A stretch of DNA of 64,000 nt from a bacterium. GTDB taxonomy: Bacteria > Patescibacteriota > Saccharimonadia > Saccharimonadales > SZUA-47. A model generated the notes under the pieces. That model had not been told where the DNA came from. It saw only the letters and a list, made by a program, of their open reading frames with translations, and did not search any database. The DNA is taken from contig JAUHXF010000001.1 of the NCBI GenBank assembly GCA_030427125.1, positions 116,102 to 180,101 of the forward strand. The letters are read 5' to 3'. A program made the position numbers and the translations under genes. This document shows, one piece after another, positions 19,824 through 29,863 of this stretch. Position 1 is the stretch's first letter, and each line of letters begins with the position of its first letter.

Positions 19824-22800
19824 GTGAGGTTTTTTCGGCGCAGCCACTATGTGGTTGTTGCTTTGTTTTTACTTGTGCAGTTTTTGCCAGCTGATCAATT
19901 ACGTACACTTCTGCCGAAAGCACATGCTGCACCTGGTGATGGTCATATGTTGTTGTTCTGGGATGGCGGAAGTGCGCCGAGTGGTTGGAGTTGCGTGTCT
20001 TGCAGCCCGGGTGATGATTTCTATCAAAGATTCATTCGAGGTAATGATGCCTATGGAGCTACTGGTGGTGCCGCAACGCATACACACACGGCTGATGGTT
20101 CGGTTGACGAGACAACCACGCCAATGCCGGCTCGATCGCGCAATACACCACCGAACGACATTCACGAAAATGATCATACACATACATTTAGTCCGACGAT
20201 TGGAACTGCTAGCAATCTCCCTGAATACAGACAGCTGCAAGTTATCAGACACGACACTGCAGGTGATCCTGCAACGCTACCGGCTGGTGCAATAGCAATA
20301 TTTGACGCCGCAGTGCCAACTGGCTGGACGAGGTATTCAGCGCAAGATGGTCGATATATACGTGGTGAAAACACTGTTGGCACAACGGGCGGTTCGAATA
20401 CGCATACCCATGCCATAACGGGCACAACCGGCACAGCTCAGGGTGCTGATCGTGAACGAAACATAAACGGTACACAAACAAATGTTGCTGATGGGGCACA
20501 TACGCATGATGCATCGGGGACTTCCGCGAGCACGAGCAACGAGCCACCGTATATTGAGGTCATTCTCGGCGAATTGGACGCTGGTGCTGCCCCGCCAAAT
20601 GACATGTATGCAATGTGGGATGATGACCCGACAACAGCGTGGTCTGTGAAGAGTGAGAGTGGTGGTGTCTTCCACCAGGCGTTCTTTAAAGGTGCGAGTT
20701 CATATGGTGCTACCGGCGGGAGTGAGTCGCACAGTCATGCAGATGTGAGTTATGAATCAGGTTTACCAAGTGCGACGACTACCTCACGAACAAACGGTAC
20801 GGTCCGCGCCGCAGACGATCAGCATACGCACACGATAAACGTCACGAATTTCTCCGACGTGAATCATCTGCCGCCGTATATCGACGTTATTATTGCCAAG
20901 AAACAAGCTCCAAGTACACTGGAGCAATCATCATACCGATGGTTTAGAAACCAAGATAGTACAGATGCTGGAACGTCGCTCGCTGCTGAGAACACCGCAG
21001 CAACTGCACCACCTCAGGGCAAAGAATTTCGTTTGCGCTTCACAATTGGTGTCAGCGATGTCGACATGGGGTTGAACGGAGAGACCATGAAGCTGCAGGT
21101 TGCGCAACGCGTAGGTGCGTGTGATACGAGTTTCATCGGCGAAACATACAGTGATGTATCAGATTCATCTGGTGTGATTCGTTTTGCTAATAATCCTACG
21201 CCAGATGACGGCGATTCGTTAACGACAATTGCTAATGATCCAACTGGCGGAGGCGGGACGGTTGTCGCGCAAAGCTATGAAGAGTCTGGCGGTTTTTCCA
21301 ATACAGAAGCAGCAATAGATATTGGTGAAGATGGATTGTGGGACGTGGCGTTGGTCGATGATTCAGCACCGGCTTCAACAGCGTATTGTTTCCGTGTGGT
21401 GCGTAGCTCTGGATCAAGCCTAGATTACTACAGCGAAATACCAGAAATCACCACTGATGACGGGCTTGGTCATATGCTGCTGTTTTGGGATGGAGTTAGT
21501 GTGCCGAGCGGCTGGAGCTGTGTGTCGTGCAACCCAGGTGATGATTTCTATCAACGCTTTCCACGCGGCGAGACTACCTACGGAGCAACTGGAGGTAGTG
21601 CTGCGCACTCGCACACCGCAGACGGAACAGTTGGGGCGCAATCAGCCTTATCAGGAAGAAGTAGTGCAGGCACTGGATTCATTCGGGCACACGATCACTC
21701 CATTACGCCGATCATTGGCAATGCTAGTAACTTGCCGGTGTATAGACAGCTGCAGGTAATTCGCTTTGACAGCAGTGGAACTCCGACGACAATTCCAGCT
21801 GGTGCAATAGCAATTTTTGACGCAGCTGTACCAACAGGCTGGACGAGGTATTCAGTGCAAGATGGTAATTACATTCGCGGTGAGAGCACTGTAGGATCAA
21901 CTGGTGGTAGCAACACTCATACCCATACGATTACTGGTACAACAAGCATAGGTACAGGGACTATTCGAGGTCAAAACACAAATAATACCCAAGGCCCCGC
22001 ACCAACTGATACACACACCCACACAATCTCTGATAATTCAGACTCTGTGAGTAACGAACCGCCGTACATCGAAACGATCTTGGGCTCAATAAACGCCAAT
22101 GGCTCTGCGCCATCAAACATGCTAGCTATGTGGGATGGAGTTATGCCTGGTACCTGGACATCGCAATCAGACGCCGTAGGCGCATTTAACCAGAACTTCA
22201 TGAAGCCTGCAGCAACCTATGGCGCGACTGGCGGAAGTGCGACGCACTCACATGGCACAACTATCACGACATCATCCGGACCAAGTGCAACGGCGACAAC
22301 TAGAACGGGTGGGACGAACCTAAGTTCAGCAACGCACACGCACCAAGTTACAATTGATAATTTCTCTGACGTGAATCACCTACCACCTTACATCGATGTC
22401 ATTATCGGAAAGCTAACAGGCACCAATACTGGGCCAAATATACCGACCGCTTTGGATCAAATTCGCGTAAGTGACAGTTCATCGGTGGCGGTTGGTGGGT
22501 TCACCAATAATGGACAAGTTGAATTCACGGCGCAAGCTACAGACACTGACAATCCAGACGATTTGCAATTGTGCGTCGAGGTGCTTCCTATCGGCAGTCC
22601 ATTCACGAATGTTGAGTTGCAATGCGGCACAGCGGCGACCTACAGTGGCTCAGCGGTTAGCGTGTCAGTTACTATTTCGGGACTCAGTGATGGTACAAGC
22701 TACCATTGGCAAGCGCGGATTAAGGACGGAGCGGGGGCGACATCTGGCTGGGTGAGTTTTGGTGCAAACCCAGAGGCAAATGCTGATTTCATTGATGACT

Positions 22801-23627
22801 CTACTGATCCGAGCGGAACGGTATTTGACGGCTCGACTACGGGATTTGATGCTGATTTCAACGATGGCTCACTTGATACTTTGGAGGCGAATTGGAACAT
22901 CACAGACGGCGGTTCAGGAATCTCTGAGTACGAATATGCTATCGGCACGAGCGCAGGCGGAACGGATATTGTTGCCTACACGAGCAACGGAACAACCGAT
23001 TCAGTAACCGCAGGGTCACTTACGCTAGAGACTTCACTGCCGTACTATTTCTCCATTCGTACAACTGACAATGCCGATAATCAGATTATAATAACTAGCG
23101 ATAGTCAGCTTGTCGCACCGACGCTTACATTTAGCACGAGCACATCAGGCGGTGTACAGTTTGATAATCTGAACGCAAATAATAACTACACAGACACGAA
23201 AACTACCGTGTTAACAACGTCAACAAATGCACGAAATGGCTACGCGGTGCGTGCCTATACAACTGGGCTCTTAGAGAATAGCTACTTCGATGTTATTAGC
23301 AACTTTACTGGCGGCACCTACGCGGCCCCAGATACATGGCAGAGTGGTGATGTTGGCTACGGCTATACGTCTAATGACACACAGGTGCAGGGATCTAATA
23401 TCTTCAATGCAGTAACGTGTCCAGGTGGTGGATCAGGAAGCTCATGTTACGCGCCGTTTAGTCAGACAGCTCCGGGCGACATAGTTGCGGACAACGAGTC
23501 AACGATTACCGGGACGCCTATTACGAGTGAGCAATTCATCATTACGCATCGCGTCACAACAGATGCAAATCAAGAAGCCGGGCAGTACCAGACAATAGTC
23601 ATATTCCAGGCCACAGCAAAGTATTAG
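19824..23627 (+). CDS. giant secreted surface protein: 8 phage tail-collar-like repeats (2 blocks of 4), beta-sandwich/FN3-like domains, shared C-terminal module
   Basis: Repeats fit the tail-collar pattern (GW.C…G..Y.R…G.TGG…H.H … NEPPYIEVILG). Blocks at nt 19941–20905 and 21468–22420 are ~80% identical in DNA. C-terminal module is …PTLTFSTSTSGG…GQYQTIVIFQATAKY. Confidence 0.7.
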   Translation: MRFFRRSHYVVVALFLLVQFLPADQLRTLLPKAHAAPGDGHMLLFWDGGSAPSGWSCVSCSPGDDFYQRFIRGNDAYGATGGAATHTHTADGSVDETTTPMPARSRNTPPNDIHENDHTHTFSPTIGTASNLPEYRQLQVIRHDTAGDPATLPAGAIAIFDAAVPTGWTRYSAQDGRYIRGENTVGTTGGSNTHTHAITGTTGTAQGADRERNINGTQTNVADGAHTHDASGTSASTSNEPPYIEVILGELDAGAAPPNDMYAMWDDDPTTAWSVKSESGGVFHQAFFKGASSYGATGGSESHSHADVSYESGLPSATTTSRTNGTVRAADDQHTHTINVTNFSDVNHLPPYIDVIIAKKQAPSTLEQSSYRWFRNQDSTDAGTSLAAENTAATAPPQGKEFRLRFTIGVSDVDMGLNGETMKLQVAQRVGACDTSFIGETYSDVSDSSGVIRFANNPTPDDGDSLTTIANDPTGGGGTVVAQSYEESGGFSNTEAAIDIGEDGLWDVALVDDSAPASTAYCFRVVRSSGSSLDYYSEIPEITTDDGLGHMLLFWDGVSVPSGWSCVSCNPGDDFYQRFPRGETTYGATGGSAAHSHTADGTVGAQSALSGRSSAGTGFIRAHDHSITPIIGNASNLPVYRQLQVIRFDSSGTPTTIPAGAIAIFDAAVPTGWTRYSVQDGNYIRGESTVGSTGGSNTHTHTITGTTSIGTGTIRGQNTNNTQGPAPTDTHTHTISDNSDSVSNEPPYIETILGSINANGSAPSNMLAMWDGVMPGTWTSQSDAVGAFNQNFMKPAATYGATGGSATHSHGTTITTSSGPSATATTRTGGTNLSSATHTHQVTIDNFSDVNHLPPYIDVIIGKLTGTNTGPNIPTALDQIRVSDSSSVAVGGFTNNGQVEFTAQATDTDNPDDLQLCVEVLPIGSPFTNVELQCGTAATYSGSAVSVSVTISGLSDGTSYHWQARIKDGAGATSGWVSFGANPEANADFIDDSTDPSGTVFDGSTTGFDADFNDGSLDTLEANWNITDGGSGISEYEYAIGTSAGGTDIVAYTSNGTTDSVTAGSLTLETSLPYYFSIRTTDNADNQIIITSDSQLVAPTLTFSTSTSGGVQFDNLNANNNYTDTKTTVLTTSTNARNGYAVRAYTTGLLENSYFDVISNFTGGTYAAPDTWQSGDVGYGYTSNDTQVQGSNIFNAVTCPGGGSGSSCYAPFSQTAPGDIVADNESTITGTPITSEQFIITHRVTTDANQEAGQYQTIVIFQATAKY

Positions 23628-23824
23628 TAACACCTTGTAAACCGGTAAGTAGGCTACCGGATGGTTTATGGGCGAATCTATTTGTAAATTGCTTGTGCTT
23701 ACCTCTGTTTTTATATAGAATAAGCATAAGTATCTCGCAAAGGTGACTTGAAATTAAAAATAGGGCGCAACTATTTCAGTCTAATCTTGTACGTGGTCGT
23801 TTTTTAATCACGGTACTGCTGTTT

Positions 23825-26800
23825 TTGGTGACTGAGTTTACTTTTTTGCTTAGTTTTATCCAGCCGGCTGCAGCTGCCGGAGAAATATTCCGTACGACTA
23901 CCTATGAGATAGAGGCAGGAACTTTTACGAGTACAGTCTATTCACTGACACTCAATAACAACCTAGAGAACAACTACTTCACGATGATAAGCGGTCCATC
24001 GGAAGCTACCGGATCTCGAGCACCAAACGCTGATCGGGTACGGGTGACTGCAGATCCACATAGTAATTTTGCTAGCACTACAGCCTCAAACCAACTGGAG
24101 CTTACACGCAATAATGCGACCAATGACTGGATAGGAGCCCTTACAGTAGTTGAGTGTCTCAGTAACTGTGCAACAAAAGGGTTTGTTCTGTCAGAAATTC
24201 TTGAGACAGATTTAGCGGCAGGTACTGCCAATACACTACAAACAGTGAACGATACCTTAAGTGCAAGCCACACTGCTCAAACAGTACCGTTTGGCGGTAG
24301 GTTCGGTGGCGGCATGGAAAGTGCTGGTACGGATTCAAATGCATATGCGACAACTGTTGGTATTAAAATAACTAAAACTAGCACTAATCAAATTACGTAT
24401 GAACGTTATGGCGCTGAGAGCCGTGCTCCAGCCGCGGGGACTGTGACAACGTATATCACCGAATGGGGAAGTGAATGGACTGTGCAAGATGTGAGCGTGT
24501 CAGGCACGAATGCAGGTTCGGGTATTGATGCAACGAATGAATACGAGACAACAAGCATCACATCAGTGGTTCGCGATAATACGTTTGTCTGGGGTGGTGG
24601 CTACTCCTATGATGATGGGCTTGGTGATGGTGCACTTGGTCAAGTAATCACTCTTGGTGATGGTGTGTCTCAGAATGCAACTGAAACGCTGGTTGCAGTT
24701 GGTGCTGAAGGTGGGCAGGTATCACCAGGTAGAGATTTTCAAGTCTATGTTTTAGAGCATGAGGGTTTAGCAGTTGACTATCGTTTCCGAGCACGAGGTG
24801 ACCAAGGCAGTAGTACTGGCTATCAAGAGTTAACTCAAACAGTTGATGCACCAATTGGATTAGAAACAAGAGATAATACTGCCACTGATGTGAGGTATAC
24901 GGAAGGCTTTCGTGTGCCATTGTTCTACAACACCTCAGGAGGGACGGGTCAAGCATATTCACGAACCGGCGCCTGGGGCCTTAGGCACACTGATGTAACC
25001 GAGATCACTTATTGGCGTGCTTATGCGGGTCAGCCAATAACTGGGTGGTTTCAGTCAATTGATTTCGCAGACATAAAATTCACCAATGTGATTACTCGGC
25101 AAGAGGCTTTTCGCTGGCGAGACGACTCAACAGATCTCAATACCGACGGTGGCTGGTTGGCATCAGAAGATACCAATCTCGGTGATCAAGCAAAGAATAC
25201 TAATTTGCGCCTACGCATTAAGTCATCAAATTTTGGTACAACACCTGAAACAGCCGCTAAGACTTACGAATTGCAGTTTAGCGAGAAAACATCTGCGTCT
25301 TGCAATGCTCTTGGTTCTTGGGTTGGTATCTCTGATAGCACTACGGACGCCTTTGCCCTGTATGATTCACCAAACATCGATCCTGATGGAGAGGTCACGA
25401 CACTAGGTTTGCTGTCAAACGGAGATGGCTTCACGTATGTCAACGGAGAAGGTCGTGAACTTGCAGATACGACAAACTCTATTGGACCTATAGCAAATAG
25501 CGCCTACACAGAAATCGAGTATGCGTTACGTCCAACTGATGAAGCAATCACGGGCAAAACCTATTGTTTTAGACTGTTCGACACGACTGCTAGCATGCCA
25601 CTTGATGGATATACAGTATATCCAGAACTTACTATTGAATCTGTTGTTATCGATGCTGTTTCTGGTCTAGGCGAAGCTGGCACATTTAGCTCAGCCGTCG
25701 ATGGAGGCTGGACGACAATTAACTTCTTGGGCACATACATGAACCCTGTCGTTGTCGGGACAACAAATACGCAGAACGGAGAGGATGCGTTAGTGTTTGA
25801 AGCACGTAATGTAACCGGTACGAGTGCTGAAATGCGCGTCTGTGAGTCAGAAGGAGCTGCCGCAAACGGCTGTGATACACACGCATCAGAGACAGTTGGG
25901 TATATGGTGATTGATGCAGCCGTGGCCGCAACAACGGACGGTATTGAAGCTGGGACATTCTCTGCTGATGGCGATTTTGACACCGATGCAGTAACGACAT
26001 CTTATCCGACTGCTTTTTCTTCGGCGCCATACGTATTTGCCAATGTTAATACGGTGAATTCATCTGATGAGCCGGTCGAAGTGATGGTCAGAGGTGTTAC
26101 AGCATCAACTTTTACAGCGGGACTATGTCATCAGTTAGTTGGTCCAGATTTAAATAGCTGTGACACAACACATGGATCAGAGACAGTTGGATGGGTGGCA
26201 ATTGAACCAGGCAATGAACCTTTTTCGGAGCAGTTTGACACGGGTGATGTGTCAATTGGTAACAGCACTTGGACGCCTATTACATTCAGTCCTTCTTTTG
26301 CTGCGCCTCCAGTCGTGATCGTCGAGTCACAGACAGACAACGGAGGTGAGGACGCGGTGCTTGATGAAGCTCGATTGGTAACAACAACAGGTGCTGATAT
26401 CCGTTTCTGTGAAATGGAAAATTTTGATACTTGCGATAGCCATAATGCTGATGATATTGCGTGGTTTGCTATCGAGCCGGGTCAATTCTCAGAAGCACTC
26501 GCACTTGATCAGGACGGCTATCGGTTCTATGAAAATGCTGATGCACTGACTCCAGCCGTTTCGTTAGATGCAGAAAATACTGAGATAGCAAATGTTGATA
26601 GCGGCGATGTGCTACGGCTGCGCTTGGCAGTACAGTCGGGTTCGCAAGCTACCGTTGTCGATGCCTTTGAGCCTAAACTCCAGTATGGCGTCGGTACCAC
26701 GTGCTCTGCTGTAGGCACATGGAATGATGTTGGTGGAATTGGCTCAGGTACAATCTGGCGTGGATATAATAATGCAACACCGTCCGATGCAGCGACGCTT

Positions 26801-28885
26801 CCGAGCTCACTATTAGATGGAGGTGCTAACACGCTGCAAACTTATGAAGAGGCGAATGATGCCTTGTCAAATCCAAACCTCATCCCGGCTAATAGTCGTG
26901 GTGAATGGGATTGGGTTATACAAAATAATGGCGCTGCAAACTTTACCAGTTATTGTTTCCGTATGGTGACTGTTGCTGGCGATCCAATTAATTATGCACT
27001 ATACCCACGATTAACAACGTCAACTGGTGTGGTCAACTCGGCACCGAACGACCCTATGAATCTTACGCAAGAACGAACAACAGGTGTGAATATTGCAGTT
27101 GGTGAGCTGATCAATACCGGCTCAGTAGTATTCAAGGCAGACATAAGTGATCAGAATGCTAATGACATTATCGAGCTTTGTATAGAAGTCAAAGAAGTCG
27201 GCCAAGCTTTTACTGATACTGAAGACAGCTGCAGTTCAAGCTATGTATATAACGGCTCCATGGTCGCAGCGGAACACACTATATCGGGTTATGAACACAA
27301 TACAACATACCACTGGCAAGCTCGCGTTAAAGACGCTGCTGGTTTGTATTCTGCCTGGGCTAGTTTTGGGGGTAATAGCGAAAATGCGCCAGACTTCGAT
27401 GTTGATACGGTTGACCCGGAGGTAATCGTCTATGATGGTATGACTCTAGGAGCAGACATTGAATTTAACGACGGGTCACTTAATACGCTCAGTGCAGTAT
27501 GGGAACTGCAAGACGAAGACGTTCCGACTGATTTTAGCGGCTTGGCACTATGGCTCGATGGTGCAGATGTCAACGCAGATGGTTCAACAGTTTCAGATGG
27601 AGCTGCAGTAAGCACATGGTTTGATAAATCAGGTAACGGGAATGATATAGCCGGTACTGGCGCCTCGACTTATAGCTCAGCAAACCAGGCGCCCGGATAC
27701 AGTGGCACGGCACAGCCATTCGATGATACTTACGATCGATCTGGTGGAAACGTAAACTCACAAACGTCATTCAGCGTTGTGACTGGTGATAATACAGATA
27801 CAAATGCCGTATGGTATGAGACTACGACACCTCGTGTTGCGCCAGGAGAACAAGGGCTACTGGGTGGCGGCACAACTCTTACAAACAATAACTTGTATGG
27901 AAGCTTTATTAGCAGTCAGCAACTCGTAACTTTGGAATATCTATCGTCGGGTGCTTCAACAAGCTGGCTTGATCGTAGCCAAGAGTTCTCATTCTCCGAG
28001 ACGCAGATTTTCGCTGATTCACAACGGTTGGTTATTGGTGATGACACAACTGGTGGAAACCCGCTGCAGTCGAATGAATATGTTCATGAATTAATTGTCT
28101 ATAATCAAGATTTGACGGCTGCGGAACGAAAAGCTGTATGGAACTACCTCGAGTGTAAATGGGGTCTCAAAGATTGTACTGTTACATATGAATACTCAAT
28201 TGGTACCTCTCCAGACGGGACTGATCTTGTCGATTGGACTTCTACAGGGACAACAACAACATTTACCGCCAGCACTCTTAATCTAGAAACTTCAGATATA
28301 TATTACGTCAATATTAGAGCAACAGATCCTGCTGGTAATCAGAAAGTCTTTAACTCTGATGGTCAGCAGGTAGCACCATCGCTTACATTCTCCACGTCGA
28401 CATCCAGTGGTGTAGTTTTTGATAATCTCAATGCCGGTAATAGTTTTACCGACACAGAGTCGACCATACTCACAACGAGTACAAATGCTCGAAATGGCTA
28501 TGCAGTTCGCTCATATATAACCGGTTCATTAGAGAATGTACTTCTAGATACGATAGGCGAGTTTGACGGTGGTACTTATGCTGCTCCTGACACCTGGCAA
28601 GGTGGGGATGAAGGCTATGGTTATACGTCTAGCGATACACTAGTTGATGGTGTAAATCGATTTAATGCAGCAACATGTCCGGGTGGTGGTAGTGGTGGTC
28701 CGTGTTTCGCGCCATTTAGTTTATCTGCCCCTGGCGACATAGTGGCAGACAATCTTGGTCCAGTAGTCGGAACACCAATCTCCAATGAGCAATTTACTAT
28801 TACGCATCGAGTCACAACAAATGCCTCGCAGTCTTATGGCACGTATCAGACTTCAGTGATATTTCAAGCAACAGCTGTATACTAA
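23825..28885 (+). CDS. giant secreted lectin-domain protein (3 H-type-lectin-like domains, LamG-like domain, FN3-like domains, shared C-terminal module)
   Basis: The start is probably TTG or GTG. There are three ~100-aa repeats matching the H-type lectin pattern, around nt 25640–26480 (a representative one is ITFSPSFAAPPVVIV…TTTGADIRFC…IAWFAIEPG). A LamG_3-like segment (LALWLDGADVNADGS…DKSGNGND) lies around nt 27530–28180. The C-terminus …GTYQTSVIFQATAVY is homologous to that of 19824..23627. Confidence 0.7.
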   Translation: MVTEFTFLLSFIQPAAAAGEIFRTTTYEIEAGTFTSTVYSLTLNNNLENNYFTMISGPSEATGSRAPNADRVRVTADPHSNFASTTASNQLELTRNNATNDWIGALTVVECLSNCATKGFVLSEILETDLAAGTANTLQTVNDTLSASHTAQTVPFGGRFGGGMESAGTDSNAYATTVGIKITKTSTNQITYERYGAESRAPAAGTVTTYITEWGSEWTVQDVSVSGTNAGSGIDATNEYETTSITSVVRDNTFVWGGGYSYDDGLGDGALGQVITLGDGVSQNATETLVAVGAEGGQVSPGRDFQVYVLEHEGLAVDYRFRARGDQGSSTGYQELTQTVDAPIGLETRDNTATDVRYTEGFRVPLFYNTSGGTGQAYSRTGAWGLRHTDVTEITYWRAYAGQPITGWFQSIDFADIKFTNVITRQEAFRWRDDSTDLNTDGGWLASEDTNLGDQAKNTNLRLRIKSSNFGTTPETAAKTYELQFSEKTSASCNALGSWVGISDSTTDAFALYDSPNIDPDGEVTTLGLLSNGDGFTYVNGEGRELADTTNSIGPIANSAYTEIEYALRPTDEAITGKTYCFRLFDTTASMPLDGYTVYPELTIESVVIDAVSGLGEAGTFSSAVDGGWTTINFLGTYMNPVVVGTTNTQNGEDALVFEARNVTGTSAEMRVCESEGAAANGCDTHASETVGYMVIDAAVAATTDGIEAGTFSADGDFDTDAVTTSYPTAFSSAPYVFANVNTVNSSDEPVEVMVRGVTASTFTAGLCHQLVGPDLNSCDTTHGSETVGWVAIEPGNEPFSEQFDTGDVSIGNSTWTPITFSPSFAAPPVVIVESQTDNGGEDAVLDEARLVTTTGADIRFCEMENFDTCDSHNADDIAWFAIEPGQFSEALALDQDGYRFYENADALTPAVSLDAENTEIANVDSGDVLRLRLAVQSGSQATVVDAFEPKLQYGVGTTCSAVGTWNDVGGIGSGTIWRGYNNATPSDAATLPSSLLDGGANTLQTYEEANDALSNPNLIPANSRGEWDWVIQNNGAANFTSYCFRMVTVAGDPINYALYPRLTTSTGVVNSAPNDPMNLTQERTTGVNIAVGELINTGSVVFKADISDQNANDIIELCIEVKEVGQAFTDTEDSCSSSYVYNGSMVAAEHTISGYEHNTTYHWQARVKDAAGLYSAWASFGGNSENAPDFDVDTVDPEVIVYDGMTLGADIEFNDGSLNTLSAVWELQDEDVPTDFSGLALWLDGADVNADGSTVSDGAAVSTWFDKSGNGNDIAGTGASTYSSANQAPGYSGTAQPFDDTYDRSGGNVNSQTSFSVVTGDNTDTNAVWYETTTPRVAPGEQGLLGGGTTLTNNNLYGSFISSQQLVTLEYLSSGASTSWLDRSQEFSFSETQIFADSQRLVIGDDTTGGNPLQSNEYVHELIVYNQDLTAAERKAVWNYLECKWGLKDCTVTYEYSIGTSPDGTDLVDWTSTGTTTTFTASTLNLETSDIYYVNIRATDPAGNQKVFNSDGQQVAPSLTFSTSTSSGVVFDNLNAGNSFTDTESTILTTSTNARNGYAVRSYITGSLENVLLDTIGEFDGGTYAAPDTWQGGDEGYGYTSSDTLVDGVNRFNAATCPGGGSGGPCFAPFSLSAPGDIVADNLGPVVGTPISNEQFTITHRVTTNASQSYGTYQTSVIFQATAVY

Positions 28886-29800
28886 TTGGCAATGAAGTAC
28901 GCGTTATTTGGTTTTGGTGTATTGCTGAGTTTCGTATGTATCGCAAAAACTGGACTCGCACAGCAAGAGACACAACTAGTAGTGACGCCAGCTATTATTG
29001 ATGCGCCAGCAGTCGCCGGTGAATCTACAAAACGTACGATACAGATAAGTAATAACAATGATTATGCACTGCCAATTAGTGTTGAAGTGCAATCAGCTGT
29101 TATCGATGGTGAACCTCTTGAGGGAGTGAGTAACGACCGGTATGATGTGAGTAATTGGGTCTCCTTTGACAAAAAAACCTATATTTTTGAATCTGGAGAG
29201 ACGCGGCAAATACCATTTACTATTACGCCTCCGTTTACTGCTTCAGCTGGCGGACATTATGCACAGATTAGTATTCGAGGGTTAACCCTCGAATCTTCAT
29301 CAGGGCAGCAAGGACTTGTATTCCCTGAGATTGGTGTGCCGTTACTCGTAACGGTGCCGGGTGAAATCGTTGAGGATGCTCGTGTTCAGGATGTGTCGAT
29401 ATTTCCTCGATTCGTAACACCAAACAAACCAATTGATATCGAAATACCCGTTGAAAATATTGGAACGGTACATAATCTTGTTCGAGTGAAGATGGTCTTT
29501 GTGCAGGGTGATTCGGTTGTTGATGAACTAGAGTTACCGCCAGGAATTATTCTCCCTGGCACGAGGAAGCTCTTCCGTGGTGTGTGGCAGCCAGAACAAT
29601 ATGGGCAGTTTGATGCCTATGTAGAATTGGCGTATGGGTCTAATCGCACTACAACACGATCGCAAGCAGAACAGGTGCTTGTCATGCCTCCTGTCAGCTC
29701 ACTTATCTTACTTGGAATTTTTGTGTGGCTAGGTACTTATCTATGGCCGCGTCGGCAGAATATTGTAGGTGCTATTAAAACAATATTTACAGCTCAATAA
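28886..29800 (+). CDS. signal-peptide protein with C-terminal TM anchor (DUF916/CscA-like architecture)
   Basis: Signal peptide, a ~250-aa beta-rich ectodomain, and a C-terminal TM (LILLGIFVWLGTYLW) plus basic tail. Paralogous to 31014..32003. Confidence 0.5.
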   Translation: MAMKYALFGFGVLLSFVCIAKTGLAQQETQLVVTPAIIDAPAVAGESTKRTIQISNNNDYALPISVEVQSAVIDGEPLEGVSNDRYDVSNWVSFDKKTYIFESGETRQIPFTITPPFTASAGGHYAQISIRGLTLESSSGQQGLVFPEIGVPLLVTVPGEIVEDARVQDVSIFPRFVTPNKPIDIEIPVENIGTVHNLVRVKMVFVQGDSVVDELELPPGIILPGTRKLFRGVWQPEQYGQFDAYVELAYGSNRTTTRSQAEQVLVMPPVSSLILLGIFVWLGTYLWPRRQNIVGAIKTIFTAQ

Positions 29801-29863
29801 AGCTTGCGCTTTACTCTTGATTTCGGTACAATTTCAAGGAATTCTACAAAGAGAGGGTATTAC

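Noticed and set aside
19849-22948. Numerous 60–150-aa ORFs on both strands inside the giant surface genes (for example 19849..20295, 19899..20252, 20245..20547, 21457..21759, 22700..22948)
   Set aside because: They lie in alternative frames of long, domain-rich coding sequences with clear protein-level repeat structure. They are shadow ORFs.
19824-28885. Possibility that the tail-collar/lectin genes are diversity-generating retroelement (DGR) targets
   Set aside because: There is no reverse transcriptase or template-repeat/variable-repeat pair in the window. The internal repeats are protein-domain duplications, not adenine-specific TR/VR pairs.
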